From: Kiritimatiellia bacterium
GTDB lineage: Bacteria > Verrucomicrobiota > Kiritimatiellia > RFP12 > JAAYLN01
Assembly (NCBI GenBank): GCA_045603485.1
Contig: JAZUMF010000028.1
Coordinates: 6,652 to 70,651, forward strand
Length of the DNA: 64,000 nucleotides
Direction: 5' to 3'
Shown: positions 37,101 to 44,048 of the stretch, in pieces
Layout: every line of letters starts with the position of its first letter
Numbering within the stretch: the first letter of the stretch is position 1
The notes under the pieces: generated by a model
What the model saw: the letters and a program-made list of their open reading frames with translations, nothing else
What the model was told of the DNA's origin: nothing
Databases searched by the model: none
Translations under genes and position numbers: made by a program

Positions 37101-38170
37101 ATATTCAGACGGCGATAGATGCCGCTTATGACGGGACGGAGGTTGTGGTTTTGCCATCGTCATCATATTATAATGTTTCTTCGGCTACTTTGGTTATCAA
37201 AAGGAATATCATTCTTTCCGGTTCTACTGGCAACTACAAGGATGTTGTGATTGATGCCAACAACAAGCGCAGGGTTATGTTGATAACAGCCAAGAATGCA
37301 CTTGTCCGCAATGTTACAATCAGCCGTGGAAACGGAAGCAATAATGCCCACTCACCCCGTGGCGCGAGCATTAAGATGACGGGGTCGGAAATTCGTAATT
37401 GCCGTATAACGGGAGCTACCGGCAATGACGGGCTTCTGGCTCAGGGTATCTGGTGTGAAAACGGAAGGGTTATCGGTTGCGTCTTCGACAACAATAAAAA
37501 TACCCAAGGTCATACCGTTGGGCTTGGAATTCATGCGTTGGGCCGTTCATCATTGATTGACCGCTGCGTCTTTACCAATAATAATTCAACAACCGGGTTT
37601 TACCATTGGGATCAGTATCGCATAGCTGTTGTAGCCATCTATGAGGGAACGATTCGCAATTCGCTGATTGCCCATAATACATACGGTACTTCAAGTGCCT
37701 GCGGTACTGGCGTGGGTGCTATCGGCTTATACGGGAGTGCTGCTACGATTGAGAATACTGTTGTAGTCAGCAACAGGTGGAAATCTGGTCAATTTGTGAA
37801 TATCCGCGGCGGTGTTGCACTTGAGAATGCTTGCACTGTCATAAACAGCATAATCGATGAGAATTATGCTCCAACGGGTCTTTCAAATCACATTGTTTTG
37901 AATAATTCTAAGGTTAATTACAGCGCGACAAATCCCTACGAGGGAATCGGAGAGAATAATATGCTGTCGAGTGCGGCCGATTACGCTTTCGTTCCCGGCG
38001 GCAAGTTCTTATTGCCGCTGTCGTCTCCTTTGATAGGTGCAGGTCTAAATTTGCCTTGGATGGAGACGGCTTTGGATTTGTATGGAGGAAAGCGTCGTGT
38101 CCGTCTTAATGTTGATATTGGGTGCTTTGAAAATCAGACGCGCCCTGCTACATTTTTATTGATGCGTTAG
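34190..38170 (+). CDS. giant secreted right-handed beta-helix protein with PKD domains and an internal triplicated module
   Basis: Signal peptide MFLRSFAVFSFFAVIFSASA; three modules each starting YV(V/A)NGN..A.PY.(S/T)...A...IQ.AID.A..G (beta-helix N-cap) followed by NxxIxxN-type beta-helix rungs; two PKD-like segments (YYWDLDGDES..., YCWDFGDGTE...). Confidence 0.7.
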   Translation: MFLRSFAVFSFFAVIFSASAAQIYVVNGNADAAEPYDSKDNAAASVQTAINYAAAGDEIIIAASGDAYGSFTINKGVTVRGESGNFHDVLVVGTDSAANTVTISSSAAVLSSITVKGGLRCIYNSGGGIVTNCYATGGNPAVKQNGSGHGIYNNNGKVLDSVIDGCRSSDHFAGIGYYQTGANALGDRLTITNNYANQTFGNWSGENKNTDFGAPGAAIMGGILRNSIIARNLPKAISNMGSWYISTGVYAKNARVINCTIYGNTSPTTTSRAFAALTGTGGRFENCIIDNNLCGTAVANWGFTSADFINCATAPVAGLGVGNINIADAGWSFSSSERVLKAEDGSTLIDAGLNSSTVEDVGLVDYYGNPRTVNSIVDIGHEECQPGIISARYTSTEGFVGFAPLSTTLKAFTSGKTEGVVYYWDLDGDESADIYGSDKSVIDYVFNEAKDVSVTLYVTNSVGNSAKMKQIFSIKTMLQYVDSASSNPQPPYATPETAATTLQEAIDTAVEGGTIIIRKGSVLKYTVPININKKLTIVGETGDFNDCIIDTSGSHRILNILHPEAVLSSVTVRNGNYNNDSQCGAGITIHDGGTVTNCRITACIGYGAGTGVYNNNGHIVDCVIDNIKMHDTSNGNSQNYNYKGLGIWQSGVNAITERCIITNCYSPVLFAWKDNHAGGAVYLTGGTIRNCYIANNFAGKMVGNTASARLTTGVYASGSSIVDNCTILNNTTEGSTRNLAYGLNLVGAAIARNCIVLENGDGFAETNNWIGAVGAFTNMLSTSVEEISGGVEANARSYIIDPISKIAVCPVESGAVGAGLALDWMSGDIDLFDNRRISGSLPDIGCVESDKLGVYCSFSADKVKGLDAFTSTFTPNVAGEGVTASLTYCWDFGDGTEVVSRTTRDPVEHTFAYPDTDYGEKIVTLTVRNSQGDAVASFSDLITLAPTRVYAANGNSNAKYPYATPETAAPNIQTAIDAAYDGTEVVVLPSSSYYNVSSATLVIKRNIILSGSTGNYKDVVIDANNKRRVMLITAKNALVRNVTISRGNGSNNAHSPRGASIKMTGSEIRNCRITGATGNDGLLAQGIWCENGRVIGCVFDNNKNTQGHTVGLGIHALGRSSLIDRCVFTNNNSTTGFYHWDQYRIAVVAIYEGTIRNSLIAHNTYGTSSACGTGVGAIGLYGSAATIENTVVVSNRWKSGQFVNIRGGVALENACTVINSIIDENYAPTGLSNHIVLNNSKVNYSATNPYEGIGENNMLSSAADYAFVPGGKFLLPLSSPLIGAGLNLPWMETALDLYGGKRRVRLNVDIGCFENQTRPATFLLMR

Positions 38171-38187
38171 TTGTGGTTTTGAGCGCA

Positions 38188-38244
38188 TAGCGGCGGCTGA
38201 TGACAGCCGCTTTCCCGTGCAAGGCGTGGGGCAAGGCGGTGGGG
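38188..38244 (+). repeat. copy 1 of a ~55-nt direct repeat containing hairpin GCGGCTG-atga-CAGCCGC
   Basis: Perfect 7-bp stem with 4-nt loop at 38193-38210; 37 nt identical to copy 2. Confidence 0.5.
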
Positions 38245-38351
38245 CGCGAGTAAAAAAATATTCCGCTGAAATGCGGGATGCCGCTTGTATGTGGCGCAGG
38301 GAGTGCTCGTGTCCCCACGCGCCGCACAAGCGTAGGCATAAGAAGGTGAAG

Positions 38352-38413
38352 CATGGCGGCGGCTGATGACAGCCGCTTTCCCGTGCAAGGCATGAGGTAA
38401 AGCGGCGGCGGGG
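38352..38413 (+). repeat. copy 2 of the same direct repeat
   Basis: ggcggcggctgatgacagccgctttcccgtgcaaggc is identical to copy 1; the two copies are spaced 164 bp apart. Confidence 0.5.
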
Positions 38414-38505
38414 GGTCTTTGCAAAAATTATGCGTAATACTTGCATTTATTCTCTAAATGTTTTAATCTATAAAATCAGTAGTCTTTTTTCTAATAGGTA
38501 TAATT

Positions 38506-41500
38506 ATGCAGCCTGAAAAATCTAATATTGAAGCATTTTCGGCCGATGAATATGATGTCGCGCGCCGTAAGTTGGCGCGTATCGTTGGGCTTGGCGTTAC
38601 ACTCTTTACGGGATTGATATTTTTGCTTACACTGTCGACTGGTGCTTTCCCAGGGGAGTCTGCCGATTTGATGGTCGCCTTTTCGGGAATTGAGCCTAAG
38701 GTCGCTCCTTCGCACACTATTTGGGGGGCTATCGTTGCGGCATTGGCGAGCTTCAATCCTGAAGGTATGATTTTGCGACTCAATCTTTTTAGTTTGGTTG
38801 TTGCGTTACTTTCTGTTTGGCTACTCTTTGATATTGTTGTCAAGAAGATTTCCGGCACAATTGACCCTGAAAACGCAACGCCTCGTGCAACTGCCGTAGC
38901 TTCTGTTTTGGGTGGAGGCGCCGCGGCTCTTGCTCTTGCTTTTTCGGTGCCATTTTGGATGTGTGCAACCCGTTTGCAGTATCAGGGCTTTAATGTGCTT
39001 CTTATCTTGATTCTGTTTCGTTTGATTACCGGCTATGTCCATGGTGGCGGACTATGGAATTTGATGGTCGCCGCATTTCTGTTGGGTGTGGCAACTGTTG
39101 AGTCTTTGGGAATAATCATTTTTGCTCCAATATTTGTATTATACGCATTGCGCCATTGGATGAATCGCGGTCACGCATCTGCCGGTTCATTGTTTTCATT
39201 TGGCGCCCTTTTTGCGCTTGGTCTTGCATCGTCTTGGCTTATCGCCATTAGGTTTAACGCAACGCACGATATTTCTCTCCGCGGTTATGAGAGTGTGTGG
39301 ATGATTGTTTTGCGCATATTTATTGATCAATATGAGATGCTGAAGTCGGCATTCCCGGTCAATGGGTGGCTCAATCTTGCAATTGTTGTCGTTGCGCCTG
39401 CAATCGCTTCCGATTTTATCGCCCGTCGCGCTCTTAATGAGACTCGCGAATGGGGAATTATGATTATGCATGCGGTCTTTACCGTCGCAGTCGTTTTGGT
39501 GCTTGGTAATACTCCCGCGGTCTCTCCATGGGGAATATATCGTACAACAGAAGTGCTTCCGGTCCCGTTGATGGTGCTGACGGCAATGACTTGCGGTTAT
39601 TTAATCGCATATTGGTATTTGCTTGTTGCTAATCGCAGTCAGATTAATATTGATGGTGAGCGTTCTGCGGTCCATAGCGGCTCTATTTGGTTTGGATGTT
39701 TCTTTGGAGCCTTTGCTTTGGTTGCGATTCCAGTGACATCGGGCATCAATCTTCTTGAGGCCAACGGTCGGGCAGGTAAATTTGTAGACGAGTGTGTTTC
39801 GGAATTTATCGATTCACTCGGACCCCGTCGTTGGATTATTTCAAATGGTCTCTTTGACAGCCACCTCCTTTTGGAGGCTCACCGTACGGGACGAGACATC
39901 AAAGTCGTTAAGCTTCAGAATAACGATAGCAAGGTTTACCTGCGTTATCTTCGCAATATCATCAAGGGCGATAGCGATATCAGGCCTGAGGATGCCGATC
40001 TTCTTGCCGGTTCGGTTGAGTTTGGCGTTCTTCCTTTTGTTCAGGATTGGATCGAATGCGATCCCTCAGCCATCGACAAGATGGCCATAGTCAATACTCC
40101 TGATCTTATTGTCGCAGTCAACAAGGTTGTAGTTCCGCACAAGTTCTTTTTTACTGCGGGTAATTCGCTGGACGAGGTTAAGAAGACATCTTTCCTTGAA
40201 GCTAATCAAGAGTTTTGGGGTCGGATGAAGACGCTTTTGGCGAAGGAGCGTGGCTCACGGGATTCTGCTTCTGCATTCCGCGCTATTGTCCGTCGTCAGG
40301 TCGGTTTTGTCGCCAACAATACTGGCGTATTGCTTGAGGATTTAGGTCGGGATGAGGAGGCGTTTCAGACTTACAATTTTGTAAGGCAGTTTGACACCGA
40401 CAATGTCAGTGCGCTTCTCAATCTTATCGAGATTTTGCGCCGCAATGAATCTAAGGGCTTCCATAATGCCGAGCGTAAGGCAATTGAGAGTTCTTTTGAA
40501 AATGTCATTAAGAAGCTTGAGGGACGCAAGCTTCCAATATGGTCGCTATCGAGAACTTTCGGTTATGTGCGTTCGCCGGTTCTCTTTACACAGTTGGGGT
40601 GGGCTTGGGCGGCCTCTGGTCAGCCTGGTATTGCCATTGCGGGCATCCGCCGCGCTGAGAGTGTCGCCCAAACTGCAGCTGGCAAGGTTCGCGCTCAGGA
40701 GTCTATGGCTGAGGTGCTTTGGCGTCAGAATGATATTGAGGGCAGCGAGCGCATATATGAGGATATTCTAAAGCAGGATCCTGAGAATACGACAGCAATG
40801 CTTAATCTTTCGCGTATCCAAGCGCGCCGCGGCTCACTTGATAAGGCCCGCGACTGGCTTTCAAAGGCGCAAAGCAAGGGTGCCCGTAGAGCGGAACTTG
40901 CTTTTGAGGGTGCATCGCTTGACCTTGCTGCTGGAGCTCCTGCCGCTGCCCGTATCAAGCTAAACGAGATTACCGATGTCGAGCCTAACAATATTCAAGC
41001 ATGGGCTCTTTTGGGTATTGCCGCCGTTCAGATGGGTGATTATGAGGAGGTTGAGACCCGTGTTCTTAAGAAGATCGCTGAGATTGCCGGCACCACGGAC
41101 AATTATCAGTATCTGATTGTTCGCGGTCAGCTTCTCTTCCAGAAGGGCGAGGATTTGGTCGGCGCCCGTGACGCCTTTGAGCGCGCGTCGATTTCAAGAC
41201 CCGGCATTACGATGCTTCTTGAGTGGATTTTGCAGCTTGATTTTATGCTGAATGACAAAGCCGCCGCCGAAGAACATGCCCGTCAAATTTTGCGTACAAA
41301 TCGCAATAACTCATTTGCTAACTATATTATGGGCTCGATTATGCTTTATCGCGGTCGTATTCCTGAGGCGGAGAATTATCTTCGCCGCAGCATTTCCAGC
41401 GCAAACAAGCCTGAGCCTCTAAATGACTTGGCAGAGCTTTTGCGTATGAATGGCAATTTTGAAGAGGCGGAGCGTTATATCCATTCGGCTATTCAGCTTG

Positions 41501-41781
41501 CACCCGGATTTTATATTCTTTGGGATACTTTGGGCGGTATTCTCTTTGACAAGGGTGATTTTGCTGGCGCCGAGGAGGCTTATCTCAAGGCGATAGAGCT
41601 TTTCAAGGATGACGGGCGCGTCTATCTTAACTATGCTACATTGCTTCTTAAGAAGGGTGAAACTGTTAAGGCTCGCGAGATGGTTATGAAGGTTAATGCT
41701 AACCGCTCATCGCTTGACCCTGCAGACCTTGAGAAATTGTCAGAGCTTGTTAAGAAGGTGACACCCGGGAAGAAGCGTTAA
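38506..41781 (+). CDS. large polytopic membrane protein with C-terminal TPR repeats (DUF2723/PMT-like glycosyltransferase-fold candidate)
   Basis: About 11 predicted TM helices in the first ~420 aa with a GESADL motif in the first loop; C-terminal 400 aa form TPR-like helical repeats. Confidence 0.5.
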   Translation: MQPEKSNIEAFSADEYDVARRKLARIVGLGVTLFTGLIFLLTLSTGAFPGESADLMVAFSGIEPKVAPSHTIWGAIVAALASFNPEGMILRLNLFSLVVALLSVWLLFDIVVKKISGTIDPENATPRATAVASVLGGGAAALALAFSVPFWMCATRLQYQGFNVLLILILFRLITGYVHGGGLWNLMVAAFLLGVATVESLGIIIFAPIFVLYALRHWMNRGHASAGSLFSFGALFALGLASSWLIAIRFNATHDISLRGYESVWMIVLRIFIDQYEMLKSAFPVNGWLNLAIVVVAPAIASDFIARRALNETREWGIMIMHAVFTVAVVLVLGNTPAVSPWGIYRTTEVLPVPLMVLTAMTCGYLIAYWYLLVANRSQINIDGERSAVHSGSIWFGCFFGAFALVAIPVTSGINLLEANGRAGKFVDECVSEFIDSLGPRRWIISNGLFDSHLLLEAHRTGRDIKVVKLQNNDSKVYLRYLRNIIKGDSDIRPEDADLLAGSVEFGVLPFVQDWIECDPSAIDKMAIVNTPDLIVAVNKVVVPHKFFFTAGNSLDEVKKTSFLEANQEFWGRMKTLLAKERGSRDSASAFRAIVRRQVGFVANNTGVLLEDLGRDEEAFQTYNFVRQFDTDNVSALLNLIEILRRNESKGFHNAERKAIESSFENVIKKLEGRKLPIWSLSRTFGYVRSPVLFTQLGWAWAASGQPGIAIAGIRRAESVAQTAAGKVRAQESMAEVLWRQNDIEGSERIYEDILKQDPENTTAMLNLSRIQARRGSLDKARDWLSKAQSKGARRAELAFEGASLDLAAGAPAAARIKLNEITDVEPNNIQAWALLGIAAVQMGDYEEVETRVLKKIAEIAGTTDNYQYLIVRGQLLFQKGEDLVGARDAFERASISRPGITMLLEWILQLDFMLNDKAAAEEHARQILRTNRNNSFANYIMGSIMLYRGRIPEAENYLRRSISSANKPEPLNDLAELLRMNGNFEEAERYIHSAIQLAPGFYILWDTLGGILFDKGDFAGAEEAYLKAIELFKDDGRVYLNYATLLLKKGETVKAREMVMKVNANRSSLDPADLEKLSELVKKVTPGKKR

Positions 41782-41806
41782 GATGTGTAACAGTCGTCTC
41801 TCTTTT

Positions 41807-42313
41807 ATGAATCGTGCAATCCTTTCGGTTGCGACCGGTTTAGGTTTAGGCTATTCTCCTTTTGCTCCTGGAACCTGCGGTGCGCTTCTTGGAATTCCGC
41901 TCGGTCTTGCACTTTCGCGTTTTTACGGAAATCTTTGGATTCAGATAGGCGTTGCATTGGCATTGACTTTGCTGGCAATCCCTGTGTGCGATGCCGCCGA
42001 AAAGCTCTTCGGTAAGAAGGATGATGGCCGTATCGTTGCCGATGAGTATATGCTTCTTCCCATTTGCTTCATTGGCCAGGGCCCGATTTGGGACTGGCTT
42101 GTCGGCGGAGAGAAGACGCTTGATGCGGTTGTTTTTCTGGTAATTGCTTTTGTCATATCTAGGGCTGTGGACATTCTCAAGCCTTCGCCTTGTCGTCAGA
42201 TTCAATCTGTCAAAGGCGGGCTGGGTATCGTTTTGGATGATTTTGTCGCATCTCTCTACAGTTGGATTCTTGTCTGGGGGCTTTTCCCGTACGCAATGAG
42301 ATTATTTGCTTGA
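41807..42313 (+). CDS. pgpA: phosphatidylglycerophosphatase A
   Basis: SPFAPGTCGALLGIPL and DDGRIVADEYMLLP match PgpA-family motifs; membrane protein of ~170 aa. Confidence 0.7.
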   Translation: MNRAILSVATGLGLGYSPFAPGTCGALLGIPLGLALSRFYGNLWIQIGVALALTLLAIPVCDAAEKLFGKKDDGRIVADEYMLLPICFIGQGPIWDWLVGGEKTLDAVVFLVIAFVISRAVDILKPSPCRQIQSVKGGLGIVLDDFVASLYSWILVWGLFPYAMRLFA

Positions 42314-42323
42314 ATTTTGCTTT

Positions 42324-43007
42324 ATGATCAACTTTAATTTTGCCTTGTTTTTTTGTTTCGTGCTGATTTTATCTGCGGGCATCGGGTGCGGCAGGAATGA
42401 CGCTGCCCAATCGGGTAACTCCAAAGGGCAATGTGCAACCAATAAGGAGGATGTCGTATCGTATGCCCCAGTGCGGCCTTTCCCGAAGAGTTTCCCCCGC
42501 CGCTCTCATTTGCCGGATATCAGGGAGAGCGAAGCTTCGGGTGCCATTTCAAATTCATCGTTTTCGGCAGGTCGTGATCTTGTCTACATTGTCGATGACA
42601 GGGTATGGTGGGAGAGCGATAACGACGGCGAGACGGATGATGAGTGCGATCATACAATGCACTATGCAATGGAGCTTCCCTTTAGGCGTCTTGTCGAGAT
42701 GTGTGTTGCGTCAAACGCGACACTCCGCGTTCAGGAGGCATATCGAGCAACGGGTATTCATGCGAGCCGCTCTCTTCACAAGGAGGGAAGGGCTCTTGAT
42801 TTGACATGCCCGACGCTTGATCCTAATAATCCAAGCGACCGTCTGTCATCAATTGCAAGTCTTGAAATGCTTGCCAAGATGGCTTGGGCGGCAGGTTTTG
42901 ATTGGGTCTACAATGAATGGCCCAAGGGCGGGGGCCCACATATTCATGCCTCAGTCAGGCGACCTGATGGGTCAGAGTTTGAAAACGAAAAACAGAAGGG
43001 AAAATAA
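42324..43007 (+). CDS. lipoprotein, peptidase M15 (VanY/D-Ala-D-Ala carboxypeptidase-like) family
   Basis: Lipobox LSAGIGC; SLHKEGRALDL (SxHxxGxAxD) and C-terminal HIHAS zinc-ligand motifs. Confidence 0.55.
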   Translation: MINFNFALFFCFVLILSAGIGCGRNDAAQSGNSKGQCATNKEDVVSYAPVRPFPKSFPRRSHLPDIRESEASGAISNSSFSAGRDLVYIVDDRVWWESDNDGETDDECDHTMHYAMELPFRRLVEMCVASNATLRVQEAYRATGIHASRSLHKEGRALDLTCPTLDPNNPSDRLSSIASLEMLAKMAWAAGFDWVYNEWPKGGGPHIHASVRRPDGSEFENEKQKGK

Positions 43008-43008
43008 A

Positions 43009-44019
43009 ATGGAAAAACTTTCTTGGAATCCGGCACTTAAGGGCCGTTCGCTTGTCACTCTTCGCAGCTTTACCGATGAAGAGATGCTTGAGCTTATCGA
43101 TTTGGCGATTTCTCTCAAAGCGCGTAAGGCAGCCGGCAAGCGCGGTGATCTTTTGCACCATCAGAACATTGCTTTGATTTTTGAGAAAAGCTCAACCCGC
43201 ACACACTGCTCTTGCGCTGTTGCTGCCCGCGATGAGGGCGGTTCGACGGAGTACTTGACCCGCAATGACATTCATTTGGGGCTTAAGGAGTCAGTTGCCG
43301 ATAGTGCACGCGTACTCGGCCGTCTCTTTGACGGTATTCTCTTCCGCGGATTTTCGCAGCAGGTTGTTGAGGATTTGGCAAAGTATTCAGGGATTCCCGT
43401 CTGGAATGGTCTTACCGACGATTACCACCCGACGCAGATTCTTGCCGACCTGATGACTTTGAAGGAGCACTTCGGGCGCATCAAGGGGCTAAAGGTCGCC
43501 TATGTCGGCGACGGACGCAACAATGTTGCGAATTCACTTATGCTGGGATGCGCAAAAGCGGGTGTGAATTATGTCAACTGCACGCCGCCTGAGCTTATGC
43601 CGGATTCTGCGCTTGTCGAAGAATGCCGCGAGATTGCCAAAAAGAACGGCTCTACCGTTGAGATATTCAACGACCCTGCGGAAGGTGTCCGCGGTGCGAA
43701 TGCGATCTACACCGATGTATGGGTGTCAATGGGTGAGGAAGATAAAAAGGCTGAGAGAATCCGCCTTCTTCGTCCGTATCAGGTCAATGCCGCTTTGTTT
43801 AAGGCGGCCGCCGAGGGCAACCCCGAGGGCGGCACGGTCTTTCTCCATTGCTTGCCTGCATTCCATGACCGCAATACGACAGCCTCTGCAGAGATTGGTG
43901 AGATGGAAGTCACCGATGAAATCTTCCAGTCGCCGATGTCTCTCGTTTTTGACGAGGCTGAAAACCGTATGCACACAATCAAGGCGCTATTTGTTTCTGC
44001 TATCGCAGATCAGCCTTGA
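43009..44019 (+). CDS. argF: ornithine carbamoyltransferase
   Basis: STRTHCS (STRTR), HPTQILADL and FLHCLPAFHD (HCLP, OTCase-specific) motifs; ATG at 43009. Confidence 0.8.
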   Translation: MEKLSWNPALKGRSLVTLRSFTDEEMLELIDLAISLKARKAAGKRGDLLHHQNIALIFEKSSTRTHCSCAVAARDEGGSTEYLTRNDIHLGLKESVADSARVLGRLFDGILFRGFSQQVVEDLAKYSGIPVWNGLTDDYHPTQILADLMTLKEHFGRIKGLKVAYVGDGRNNVANSLMLGCAKAGVNYVNCTPPELMPDSALVEECREIAKKNGSTVEIFNDPAEGVRGANAIYTDVWVSMGEEDKKAERIRLLRPYQVNAALFKAAAEGNPEGGTVFLHCLPAFHDRNTTASAEIGEMEVTDEIFQSPMSLVFDEAENRMHTIKALFVSAIADQP

Positions 44020-44048
44020 TTTATTCGTATCTCAAAATCTGACGGCAA

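Noticed and set aside
38148-38446. Three overlapping minus-strand ORFs of 81-96 aa after the giant gene
   Set aside because: They are GC-rich repeat-driven open frames in a spacer containing duplicated hairpins, with no RBS and mutually overlapping frames, so I treat them as non-coding.
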